Positions 45,791 to 56,419 of a stretch of 58,811 nucleotides of DNA are shown piece by piece. The stretch covers positions 1 through 58,811 of the forward strand of contig JAOTSC010000003.1 in the NCBI GenBank assembly GCA_030247525.1. Direction: 5' to 3'. The notes beneath the pieces are model-generated. The model searched no databases, was not told the origin of the DNA, and saw nothing but the letters and a program-made list of their open reading frames with translations. Each line of letters starts with the position of its first letter. Positions within the stretch are counted from its first letter, which is position 1. A program made the position numbers and the translations under genes. Source of the DNA: a bacterium. GTDB taxonomy: Bacteria > Electryoneota > JAOADG01.

Positions 45791-46327
45791 ATGAGCTTAT
45801 TAGTATCACGCTACGCGGAGCCGTTGTACCTTGCCGCGAAAGAGACCGGCGAATTGGAAACGGTGACTGCCGACATGGCGGCGCTGGGTATGCTGTTGGT
45901 TTCCGGCGAATCGGGAAAAGTATTCGCGGAATACTTGTTATCGCCCCAAGTGTCGCGCAAGGAAAAGCTCGATACGTTGCTTGCGGTATTCGCCAGCGGC
46001 AGTAAAATCACTCGGAACTTTTTTCAGGTGGTAATTGAACGCGGGCGCGAAGAACTCCTGCTCGAATTGCCGGATGAGTTTCTTAAGCGAATGAAAAAAG
46101 AAGCGGGGATCGTCTCGGCAAACTTGATTAGTTCGATTGCACTCACCGAAAAACAAGTAAAGGCGATGGCGGAGAAAATCGGGAAATCGATTCACAAACA
46201 AGTCGAATTGACGTCGGAGACCGATGCTTCGTTGTTGGGCGGTTCGATTCTGGAACTGGAAGGGAAACGGTACGACGCCTCGCTCAAACGTCAATTAGAC
46301 GACCTGAAACAGGCGTTGTTGGCGTAG
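45791..46327 (+). CDS. atpH: F1 ATP synthase subunit delta (OSCP)
   Basis: MSLLVSRYAEPLYLAA... is an OSCP-type N-terminus, with AGGAAG upstream of ATG 45791. The longer tracked ORF (from 45722) merely reads through the repeat. Confidence 0.8.
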   Translation: MSLLVSRYAEPLYLAAKETGELETVTADMAALGMLLVSGESGKVFAEYLLSPQVSRKEKLDTLLAVFASGSKITRNFFQVVIERGREELLLELPDEFLKRMKKEAGIVSANLISSIALTEKQVKAMAEKIGKSIHKQVELTSETDASLLGGSILELEGKRYDASLKRQLDDLKQALLA

Positions 46328-46340
46328 GGGCGGGTGTAAA

Positions 46341-46405
46341 CCGTAGGACAGACACTCCTGTCTGTCCACAATGATTCCGATGGACAAGAATGTCCATCGT
46401 ACGGG
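46341..46405. repeat. REP doublet (GACAGACA family plus GGACAAGAATG family)
   Basis: ccgtaggacagacactcctgtctgtccac (46341-46369) and ccgatggacaagaatgtccatcgtacggg (46377-46405). Confidence 0.9.
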
Positions 46406-46420
46406 ACATCGAAGAGAAAA

Positions 46421-46741
46421 ATGAATCCACGGATTTTGCAAATCGCTGGGGAATTGAAGAGGCGGCTGGAACCGCTGTACGGCGAGCGGTTGCAAAAGGT
46501 CGTGGTCTTCGGTTCCTATGTGCGTGGCGAAGAGACTGACGAGTCGGATTTAGACGTCGCGATTGTGTTGGATCCAAAATATGACGATTTAACTGAGTGG
46601 AATTTAGCGGGATCGCTCTTTGTCGAAATCGATTTAGCGTTTGATGTGGTCGTCGATACGCATATAATTTCGCTCGAAGAATACAATGACCGGGATTATG
46701 CGATACTTCGCGCTATCCATAGCGAAGGGGTGACGGTGTGA
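46421..46741 (+). CDS. Minimal nucleotidyltransferase (MNT) antitoxin of a HEPN-MNT toxin-antitoxin pair
   Basis: GSYVRGEETDESDLDVAIV is the GSxxRGx(n)DxD NTase motif. Overlaps the downstream HEPN gene by 4 nt. Confidence 0.85.
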   Translation: MNPRILQIAGELKRRLEPLYGERLQKVVVFGSYVRGEETDESDLDVAIVLDPKYDDLTEWNLAGSLFVEIDLAFDVVVDTHIISLEEYNDRDYAILRAIHSEGVTV

Positions 46742-47118
46742 ACGAACTTGTAGCGTTGCACTTGAAGCGTGCCGAGCGATTTCTGGTCGAAGCGAATTTT
46801 ACTCTGACGAACGAGTTCTTCGATGCGGCGATCAACCGTTCCTACTATGCGATGTTTCATGCGGTAACCGCAGTACTGAAAACGGAAGATGTGGCGCGCA
46901 GTTCTCATGCCGGTGTGATTGCCGCATTTAATCAGTTCTTTGTCAAACCGGGTAAATTCACCGAGGTAGAAGGGCGTTGGCTCAAACACGGCTTTGAAAC
47001 GCGCAATAAGAACGATTATTGGCCGGCGCCGGAGAACAGTGAAGCGGAAGCGCTGCAATTATTTGAAGAAGCGAAGGCGTTTGTAGCGAAGTGTCGGGAG
47101 TATTGCGAAGGAGCGTAG
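46738..47118 (+). CDS. HEPN-domain toxin of the HEPN-MNT pair
   Basis: Helical protein with AINRSYYAMFHAVTAVL and ETRNKNDY motifs typical of PF05168-type HEPN domains. Confidence 0.85.
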   Translation: MNELVALHLKRAERFLVEANFTLTNEFFDAAINRSYYAMFHAVTAVLKTEDVARSSHAGVIAAFNQFFVKPGKFTEVEGRWLKHGFETRNKNDYWPAPENSEAEALQLFEEAKAFVAKCREYCEGA

Positions 47119-47244
47119 GGACGCAAATTATCGCATCCGAGACAATATCCGGGTTCGATGAACCCAACGCATTTCTAGCGTTGGTTCACAAACACCGATG
47201 ATTTTTCAATTCGTGTTTGTAATTGAACCCCTACAACGTTGCCC

Positions 47245-47324
47245 CGACATTCTTGTCGCGGAGTTGGAGGTTAGGCAATCTTGCCTGACTGAGGAAGAGC
47301 GACGGACAAGAATGCCCATCGTAC
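47245..47324. repeat. REP cluster; includes the left copy of the 26-nt direct repeat bracketing the TM-protein gene
   Basis: cgacattcttgtcg (47245-47258), ttggaggttaggcaatcttgcctgac (47264-47289) and cgacggacaagaatgcccatcgtac (47300-47324). Confidence 0.9.
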
Positions 47325-47424
47325 AGTAGTGGGACAGAAGGAAGCGGGAAAGTGGGAACGTAGCGACAAAGCTCCTGCTTTGTCATCGTCTTTGGAATTG
47401 TATTAACAACTGGAGGTGATACCA

Positions 47425-47820
47425 ATGTATTCTTCAGAACCAGATGACTGTTCTAAAGATGATCAACATCAGGATTTGATCGAGATAACTCCAGAACTAG
47501 TTAGGAAGGTGAGGATATTCAAATATTCTTTTTGGACTCTTAGAACGATTTTTCTATCATTTGCTATACTAATCATGTATTCGGGGTTTATCTTTGCGGG
47601 TTTTGTTTTTAAAATACCATTTATAGATAAAATCAAGGATGATACTTTGTTTATGTTTTTTTATTTTATTGCATCGGTAGTATTTGGTTTTGTCATGTTG
47701 AATCTTGTTTGTAAGGTTGGTGTTGTTGATAGATTATTTAATAAGATCGACAATAAATATGAATACTATAAAGAGCTGTTGTGCGTTTATAATTATGATA
47801 GAAAATCTCATAAGTGTTAG
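47425..47820 (+). CDS. Small AT-rich membrane protein, unknown function (two predicted TM helices)
   Basis: GGAGG lies 8 nt upstream of ATG 47425. Hydrophobic segments TIFLSFAILIMYSGFIFAGFVF and LFMFFYFIASVVFGFVMLNLV. No family recognised. Confidence 0.5.
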   Translation: MYSSEPDDCSKDDQHQDLIEITPELVRKVRIFKYSFWTLRTIFLSFAILIMYSGFIFAGFVFKIPFIDKIKDDTLFMFFYFIASVVFGFVMLNLVCKVGVVDRLFNKIDNKYEYYKELLCVYNYDRKSHKC

Positions 47821-47896
47821 TAAAAATCTAATTGTTTGATTTTGTGTCATTGTCCTTGAAATCATACATCGTGCAAACGAGGGTGTTTGTACTTAC

Positions 47897-47950
47897 GGGC
47901 GACCCCGAGGGTCTGCCCCTACAATTGGAGGTTAGGCAATCTTGCCTGAC
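47897..47950. repeat. REP doublet; includes the right copy of the 26-nt direct repeat
   Basis: gggcgaccccgagggtctgcccctac (47897-47922). ttggaggttaggcaatcttgcctgac (47925-47950) is identical to 47264-47289. Confidence 0.9.
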
Positions 47951-48037
47951 CAAATCAAATTTCACATCTCTCCTCACAGTGTGTGAAGTTTGAGTTTAGT
48001 CTCTGAAACAGGTTCAATCAACTTTGATGGTGGAGAG

Positions 48038-48757
48038 ATGTTAAGCGAAGAAGCAATAAAAAATGAAATAGATTCTTTGCTAAAAATGGGCGACGAACTA
48101 TTTTTAAATTTGGAAGGAGTAATGTTTCGTAGACATTATCCCCTATGGTATGGAAAATCATTGCCCTACATACATGAGTATAATAGTCTCTGCTATAATG
48201 ATTTTATAATGTGCTTTAAAAACGAAACAAGAAAAGAAATTACAGCTAGTACTTATACATTGTCGGATTATATTATCGGTGTATACCAAGTCAGCTCTGG
48301 ATATCAAATAAATGTACAATATGCTGTGCGTGGTCTCCTAGATATTCAAATTGGACTATTAAATGCGTGTATTAGTACGATTGATGGGTCATTAAACAAA
48401 CTAAAAAACTTTGTTCGAGCTGATTTGTTTTACAGTGAATTAGAATCGGCAGAATATTTGTGTCAAAATAAATTCTATCGAGCAGCAGGAAACATAGCTG
48501 GTATTGTAATTGAGAGGCACTTAATTCACATATGTAATGATTTAGAGATCGTGTTACCTAATAAACCAACGTTAGGTGTTGTAATTGATCGTTTATATGA
48601 TGCCGACCGAATAGATGATGTTGAAAAGTTGAGATTGAAGCACCTTAATGAAATCAGAGTAAAATGTGATCACGTAAAAGAGACCGAACCAAATGAAGCT
48701 GAAGCAAAGAATATTTTATTCGGTGCACGAGAAACTCTTAGTAAAAACTATGTATAG
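48038..48757 (+). CDS. AT-rich hypothetical protein with a C-terminal HEPN-like (DUF4145-like) Rx4H motif
   Basis: The C-terminal pattern TLGVVIDRLYDADRIDDVEKLRLKHLNEIRVKCDH resembles DUF4145/HEPN (L..I..L....i......L..iR....H). R is at 48656-48658 and H at 48671-48673. The start is uncertain (TTG 47990 or ATG 48038). Confidence 0.5.
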   Translation: MLSEEAIKNEIDSLLKMGDELFLNLEGVMFRRHYPLWYGKSLPYIHEYNSLCYNDFIMCFKNETRKEITASTYTLSDYIIGVYQVSSGYQINVQYAVRGLLDIQIGLLNACISTIDGSLNKLKNFVRADLFYSELESAEYLCQNKFYRAAGNIAGIVIERHLIHICNDLEIVLPNKPTLGVVIDRLYDADRIDDVEKLRLKHLNEIRVKCDHVKETEPNEAEAKNILFGARETLSKNYV

Positions 48758-48810
48758 TGATTTATCAAATTGTGTAAAGTTGAAAACGCAACCAATCAGG
48801 AACCAACTGC

Positions 48811-50319
<1,509 letters not shown>

Positions 50320-50322
50320 ATA

Positions 50323-50387
50323 GGGGGCAGGGAACAGGGGACAGTAAACAGTTTTGCACCGTTCCCTGTTCCCCGTATCCCGTTCCC
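50323..50387. repeat. GGGAACAGGGG heptad inverted repeat after atpA (hairpin plus T-run; attenuator/terminator-like)
   Basis: gggaacaggg (50330-50339) pairs with ccctgttccc (50364-50373). The C-arm is followed by tttt (50388-50391). Confidence 0.85.
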
Positions 50388-50405
50388 TTTTCTGATTGGT
50401 AAAAT

Positions 50406-51269
50406 ATGCCATCTCTCAAACAGACGAAACAGCGCATCGTCAGCGTGAAGTCGACGCAACAGATCACCAAAGCGATGAAGATGGTGGCGGCGGCGAAATT
50501 ACGGCGGGCGCAAAATAATATGCTGGCGGCGCGTCCGTACTCGCACCGGTTGCGCAACGTCATCGCCGAAATGGCGGGACGCACCGACTATAGCCACCCG
50601 TTGTTGGTGGAACGAGCGCCGGAGCAAGTCGGGTTTGTCGTCGTTGCCTCCGACCGCGGGCTCGCCGGCAGTTTCAATACGAATGTGATGAAACGCGCCG
50701 TTGCCGCGTACAACGAACATGAAGGGGCTGACCGCTTCCTGATTACCGTAGGCAGGAAAGCGACCGACTTCTTTACGAAACGCGGCTACAACGTCATTTC
50801 CAAGCATCTCGACATTTTTCCCGACCCGACGCTGGAAAAGTCGCGCCGTATCAGCGATAACATCATCGCGAAATATTACAATGAGATGATTGGACTTGAC
50901 CGCGTCTACTTGGTTTACAACGAATTCAAAAATGTCGTCCAACAACAAATCATTGTCGAACAGCTCCTCCCGATTATTCCGGCGGAAGAGGAGAAGGGCG
51001 GATTTCATCAGGATTTCCAATTTGAACCGTCCCCGGAAGCGATTCTCGATGTAGTGTTGCCGCAGTACATCAATGTCGCTATCTGGCACGTGCTGCTCGA
51101 ATCGTTTGCTGCGGAAATGGCAGCGCGTATGACGGCGATGGAGAATGCGACAAAGGCGGCGTCCGATATGATTTCCGCATTAACGTTGCAATACAACAAA
51201 GCGCGGCAGAGTGCGATTACGAAAGAACTACTCGAAATTGTCGCCGGCGCGGAAGCGCTGAAAGGGTAG
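50406..51269 (+). CDS. atpG: F1 ATP synthase subunit gamma
   Basis: N-terminus MPSLKQTKQRIVSVKSTQQITKAMKMVAAAKLRRAQ and C-terminus ITKELLEIVAGAEAL are canonical AtpG termini. Confidence 0.95.
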   Translation: MPSLKQTKQRIVSVKSTQQITKAMKMVAAAKLRRAQNNMLAARPYSHRLRNVIAEMAGRTDYSHPLLVERAPEQVGFVVVASDRGLAGSFNTNVMKRAVAAYNEHEGADRFLITVGRKATDFFTKRGYNVISKHLDIFPDPTLEKSRRISDNIIAKYYNEMIGLDRVYLVYNEFKNVVQQQIIVEQLLPIIPAEEEKGGFHQDFQFEPSPEAILDVVLPQYINVAIWHVLLESFAAEMAARMTAMENATKAASDMISALTLQYNKARQSAITKELLEIVAGAEALKG

Positions 51270-51370
51270 GGACTCGGGGTTCGGAATTCGGGAATCGGTG
51301 TTGGGTGTTGGGGAAAGATGGTGAAGGGTGTAAGGTGAAAGGTGTAGGGGAAGACAATGTGGGTCGCCCG
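51269..51370. repeat. Heptad arrays plus a truncated REP; left bracket of the HicAB-DinB module
   Basis: gggactcggggttcggaattcgggaatcgg (51269-51298). ggtgaaaggtgtagggg-N9-tgggtcgcccg (51334-51370) matches 52412-52448 in the same orientation. Confidence 0.85.
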
Positions 51371-51428
51371 AAGTAGGGTGAAAGTATTGGGAAAGCTCGC
51401 AAAGATATTTCAGCAAATACTTTCATGA

Positions 51429-51653
51429 CGTTCGGATACGAACATCCGTTTCGACGATCTTCGTGCCGTTCTTTTACAATTAGAATTTTCGGAACGGATT
51501 CGCGGAAGTCATCATATTTTCGTTCGTGACGACTTCGAAGAGATAATAAATATTCAACCGACGGAAAACGGAAAAGCAAAACCGTATCAAGTGAAACAGA
51601 CGAGAAATCTGATTGTAAAATACCGGTTGAAAGGATTTGACGATGAAGTATGA
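51429..51653 (+). pseudogene. HicA-like toxin gene lacking a canonical in-frame start codon
   Basis: The open frame reads ...NIRFDDLRAVLLQLEFSERIRGSHHIFVRDD...GKAKPYQVKQTRNLIVKYRL, with a GSHH core. A TGA lies at 51426-51428 just upstream, and there is no ATG/GTG/TTG before the conserved core. ATG 51425 lies in another frame. Confidence 0.5.
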
Positions 51654-51849
51654 AGTGATTTTGTACTGGAGCGAAGACGATCAGGCATTTGTAGCCGAAG
51701 TGCCAGAATTACCGGGCTGTGCCGCCGATGGGAGAACCTATCGGGAAGCGTTTGAGAATATCGAAATCGTCGCGCAGGAATGGATGGAAACCGCTCGCGA
51801 ATTGGGTAGAAATGTTCCGGAACCGAAAGGTCGTTTGATTTTTGCATAG
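51643..51849 (+). CDS. HicB-like antitoxin (UPF0150 fold)
   Basis: The MKYEVILYWSEDDQAFVAEVPELPGCAADGRTYREA pattern is typical of the HicB N-terminal domain. Overlaps the hicA-like stop. Confidence 0.7.
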   Translation: MKYEVILYWSEDDQAFVAEVPELPGCAADGRTYREAFENIEIVAQEWMETARELGRNVPEPKGRLIFA

Positions 51850-51855
51850 GATTGG

Positions 51856-52356
51856 ATGGTATCGATGAGTGTTAGTGAGAATATGAAGTGGGTGTATGGC
51901 GTTCACGATTATGCGGTGAATGTCAACCTCGCCGGTATTTCCGATGCGGAGTCGCGAAGGCGGATGGAGCCGGGCGGAAATTGCGTAAATTGGATTATGG
52001 GACACATGCTCTGTTCCCGCGTCCATATTCTCGGTTTTCTCGGTTGCGACTGGACAAAGACGAATGCCGTACTCGAGCCGTATCAGCGGGGAACCAGCGG
52101 CGCTGATTTCGATTCTTTTCTTACTCTGGATGAATTGACAAAACTGTGGCAGGAGTCGTCGGAGCTTTTGAAAACGAACATCGATGCGACGACCGATGAA
52201 CAGTGGTTGGAACCGGCTTCGCTGCCCGGTACGGGATTCGATAAACCGGATACGCGGGAGCGCCGGGTATTCTTTCTATCGTTCCATGAAGGATACCATT
52301 TAGGACAAATCGGATTATTACGTCGGTTACTTGGTAAAGAAGGCGCGATAAAATAG
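51856..52356 (+). CDS. DinB-family (DinB_2) metal-dependent four-helix-bundle protein
   Basis: His triad context (WIMGHMLCSRVH ... FHEGYHLGQIGLL), and a length of about 165 aa. Confidence 0.75.
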   Translation: MVSMSVSENMKWVYGVHDYAVNVNLAGISDAESRRRMEPGGNCVNWIMGHMLCSRVHILGFLGCDWTKTNAVLEPYQRGTSGADFDSFLTLDELTKLWQESSELLKTNIDATTDEQWLEPASLPGTGFDKPDTRERRVFFLSFHEGYHLGQIGLLRRLLGKEGAIK

Positions 52357-52539
52357 GTGAAAGGTGTAGGGTGAAAGGTGTAGGGTGAAAGGTGTAGGGT
52401 GAAAGGTGTAGGGTGAAAGGTGTAGGGGCTGACCCTCTGGGTCGCCCGGTGATGGGTGATAGGTTTTGGGGATTGGATAGCGACAGGTCTTCAGACCTGT
52501 AAAAAAGAAAATAGCAATTCTGGAGAATTGCCAGTACCC
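52356..52539. repeat. 14-nt tandem array (ggtgaaaggtgtag x5) plus three REP hairpins. Contains the right bracket of the HicAB-DinB module and the left bracket of the nuclease-HicAB module
   Basis: Tandem array 52356-52425. gtaggggctgaccctctgggtcgccc (52422-52447), tagcgacaggtcttcagacctgt (52478-52500) and gcaattctggagaattgccagtaccc (52514-52539). Confidence 0.9.
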
Positions 52540-52708
52540 AATCCGAACAATGGCGCTATTGCGGGAAGCTTTTGTCGATAGCGATCTGCCGTTTCGGGTC
52601 GATGAGGTGGAAAAGAGAGAGTTGAACGCAAGTGAACAAACTCTGATAACCTTGTAGTAGTCGAGATAGGCTCGACAATCTAATTAATTAAAAACAAGGA
52701 GTAAAATC

Positions 52709-53549
52709 ATGATTATCGAACAAGCGTTTTTTGGATTACCGGAATTGTGTGCAAATAAGAGTAGTTTGAGCGAAGCATTTATCAGATCGTGTTTCAGTCA
52801 TAGTATTTTACAAGAATTAATTGCACGTGGAGTTCCTTATCCAATAACAAAAATTCAACACGAATATGTTTACGAAGAATTACAAAAAGGAAATAAATTC
52901 CATGCAGATTTGTGTTTGACGTTGAATGATGAGAAGTATGTAAATAGGATGTCTATATGGGGACAAAAAAAACAACAACATAATTGAAATGAAGCTTATT
53001 AGAAATTATGACAAAAAAGATGGTTCAGAAAACAAGCAAGGCGTAATAAACAATGGGTACTTGCTCGATTCATTATTGCGTCTATCTATCTTACCGAAAA
53101 TTGAAATTGCACAAAAAAACAGCGGTGAGTTGAAAAATAATTCAGTTGGAAGATATTTACTACATGTGTATTTAGGAGAACCTGATCAATTCTTAGCCTA
53201 TAAGGATCAAAAAGGTGATGAAAGATTATGGGTGAAGAATCTTATCGAAGGTGAACAGAACGTAGAACTAGAACCTGCACGTGAAAAGTCCGGACATCTT
53301 CTGGCGATATATTCTAAGTACGGAAATGTTGTTCTGTTGAAAATGTCGATTAGAAGTATCAAAATTAAATCATTTATGAAGAAAGGTATAACTTTTGTCT
53401 TAAGTAAGATAAATTCTTTTCAGCTGAAAACAAATGAAGGAATGTATAATGAAAATGAGTTTGGTTCTTTCGATCAATCGCAATACAGTGTTTTGAAAAA
53501 CGCAAGAAACCAGAGCTTGTTTAATGTTAAAAGTAATCAAAACACATGA
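52709..53549 (+). pseudogene. AT-rich PD-(D/E)xK-like putative nuclease split into two ORFs at an A8 homopolymer
   Basis: AAGGAG RBS before ATG 52709. ORF1 carries FHADLCLTL (candidate catalytic D). The ORF2 frame is open upstream of its ATG and reads IIEMKLI (candidate ExK). The frames differ by +1, and removing one A from the A8 run (52965-52972) fuses them into a protein of about 279 aa. Confidence 0.45.
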
Positions 53550-53743
53550 AAGTCCGTGAGATAATAAAACTAATAGAAAAAGACGGTTGGTACTTGGTGA
53601 CGACCAAAGGAAGTCATCGGCAATTCAAGCACCCTGAAAAACCGGGACGTGTGACAGTTCCGGGACACGTTGGAGAGGATATGCCGGAAGGCATTCGGAT
53701 TTCTATCTTGAATCAAGCCGGATTGCGGAAGAGAGGAAAGTAA
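53546..53743 (+). CDS. hicA: HicA toxin (YcfA-type mRNA interferase)
   Basis: MKVREIIKLIEKDGWYLVTTKGSHRQFKHPEKPGRVTVPGH is canonical HicA. ATGA overlap with the upstream ORF. Confidence 0.9.
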   Translation: MKVREIIKLIEKDGWYLVTTKGSHRQFKHPEKPGRVTVPGHVGEDMPEGIRISILNQAGLRKRGK

Positions 53744-53744
53744 T

Positions 53745-54020
53745 ATGCGGTACGAGTATGCTATCTTCATCGAACGGTCGAAAAGCCGGTATTGGGCTTC
53801 CGTACCCGATCTTCCGGGTTGTGTTTCCTGTGGAAAATCGTTAGAAGAATTGCAAAAAAATATCCAAGAAGCCATCGAATTTCATTTGGAAGGGATGGTC
53901 GAAGATGGATTACCAATCCCGAAACCGGTGACAAAAGCAAGTATGGTGGAAGTGGAGCGTCCGACCCGGCGAAAAGCAATACGTCGGATTACCAGGACGA
54001 CGGTACGCGGTCATGAGTAG
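53745..54020 (+). CDS. hicB: HicB antitoxin
   Basis: YAIFIERSKSRYWASVPDLPGCVSCGKSLEELQKNIQEAIEFHLEG is the HicB/UPF0150 domain. Starts 2 nt after the hicA stop. Confidence 0.85.
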   Translation: MRYEYAIFIERSKSRYWASVPDLPGCVSCGKSLEELQKNIQEAIEFHLEGMVEDGLPIPKPVTKASMVEVERPTRRKAIRRITRTTVRGHE

Positions 54021-54183
54021 AGGCGTATTGCAATACGCCCATCGTGTGACGGGCTTGGAAGCCCGTAACCACCCAAACGGGACGGGTAGCGACAGGTCTC
54101 CAGACCTGTAAAAAGAAAATGTGCAATTCGGGAGAATTGCCGGTACCCAAGTGAATTTGAGGGCGTATGCCATACGCCCCTAC
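54017..54183. repeat. REP cluster of five hairpins; contains the right bracket of the nuclease-HicAB module
   Basis: Hairpins at 54017-54040, 54051-54074, 54086-54109 (gtagcgacaggtctccagacctgt), 54123-54148 (gcaattcgggagaattgccggtaccc) and 54161-54183. Confidence 0.9.
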
Positions 54184-54294
54184 ACCGCGACAGGAATACG
54201 AACCCGGACAGATGATTCATCGGAGTTCGTGATTCTTCGCTGCTTCACATGCGAAGAATTGTCGCGGCCACAAAAGAATGTTTTGGAACAATAG

Positions 54295-55809
<1,515 letters not shown>

Positions 55810-55824
55810 TCGAAACACGGTGGT

Positions 55825-56229
55825 ATGATGGCGATCACATTTGAAATCCTAACGCCTCGCGGAGTTGTGTTTCAATCGGATGTAAAATCGGTTCGGTTAC
55901 CGGGTGTTGCCGGCGAGTTTGGGGTGCTGCCCGGTCACGTACCCTTTATCACCGCACTACAGGCGGGTGTCATCGAACTTGATACCACCGAGAGTAAGCA
56001 CGAAAAGATCGCGGTATCGGCGGGCTTTGTCGAAGTCCTTCCCGAGAAGGTTGTGGTCTTGGCAGAGACAGCCGAAACTGCGGCAAACATTGATGTTACG
56101 CGGGCGGAATCCGCCCGCAAACGCGCCGAGGAAGGGTTGCGGGCCGCTACCGACCGGGTCGAAGCGGAACAGTACCAAGCAGCGCTATCTCGAGCGAAAT
56201 CACGTATTAAGGCAAAAACAAATTCATAA
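55825..56229 (+). CDS. atpC: F1 ATP synthase subunit epsilon
   Basis: 134 aa, with a beta-sandwich N-terminus (LPGVAGEFGVLPGHVPFITAL) and a helical C-terminus. Follows atpD. Confidence 0.9.
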   Translation: MMAITFEILTPRGVVFQSDVKSVRLPGVAGEFGVLPGHVPFITALQAGVIELDTTESKHEKIAVSAGFVEVLPEKVVVLAETAETAANIDVTRAESARKRAEEGLRAATDRVEAEQYQAALSRAKSRIKAKTNS

Positions 56230-56419
56230 CGTTCGTATCATATATTTCAAAATTCAGTGGCGTCTCGATTGGAAATCCTATCGAGATTGCTTTATGTTAA
56301 GAACATCCTGAACTTGACACCGAATGCCGTTTCCGGCATATTTCGTATACTGCCCTTTTTTTATATTCGGGCGGGTTAACCCGAAGGGGTCGATAACGAT
56401 CGTTGGTAGGGGTGACAGA

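Noticed and set aside
47151-47165. gggttcgatgaaccc resembles a tRNA T-arm
   Set aside because: The flanking sequence shows no acceptor stem, D-arm or anticodon arm, and the loop length and sequence are wrong for a T-loop. I found no tRNA anywhere in the window.
47264-47289. GTTAGGC/GCCTGAC core in the bracket repeat resembles integron attC R'/R'' core sites (GTTRRRY/RYYYAAC)
   Set aside because: The hairpin is only about 20 nt (9-bp stem, 2-nt loop). It lacks the L'/L'' boxes and the extrahelical bases, and it is shorter than known attC sites. No intI is in the window. I keep the cassette idea as a finding but do not call these attC sites.
52356-52425. Five perfect 14-nt tandem repeats (ggtgaaaggtgtag) considered as a CRISPR or a coding repeat
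   Set aside because: There are no spacers and the unit is far too short for a CRISPR repeat. It belongs to the heptad G-tract family seen throughout the window and lies just after the dinB-family stop.
52964-52973. Programmed -1 ribosomal frameshift on the A AAA AAA heptamer joining the two nuclease-like ORFs
   Set aside because: The downstream ORF is in the +1 frame, not the -1 frame. The -1 frame hits TAA after three codons (ACA ACA ACA TAA). Homopolymer length change or a sequencing error is more plausible.
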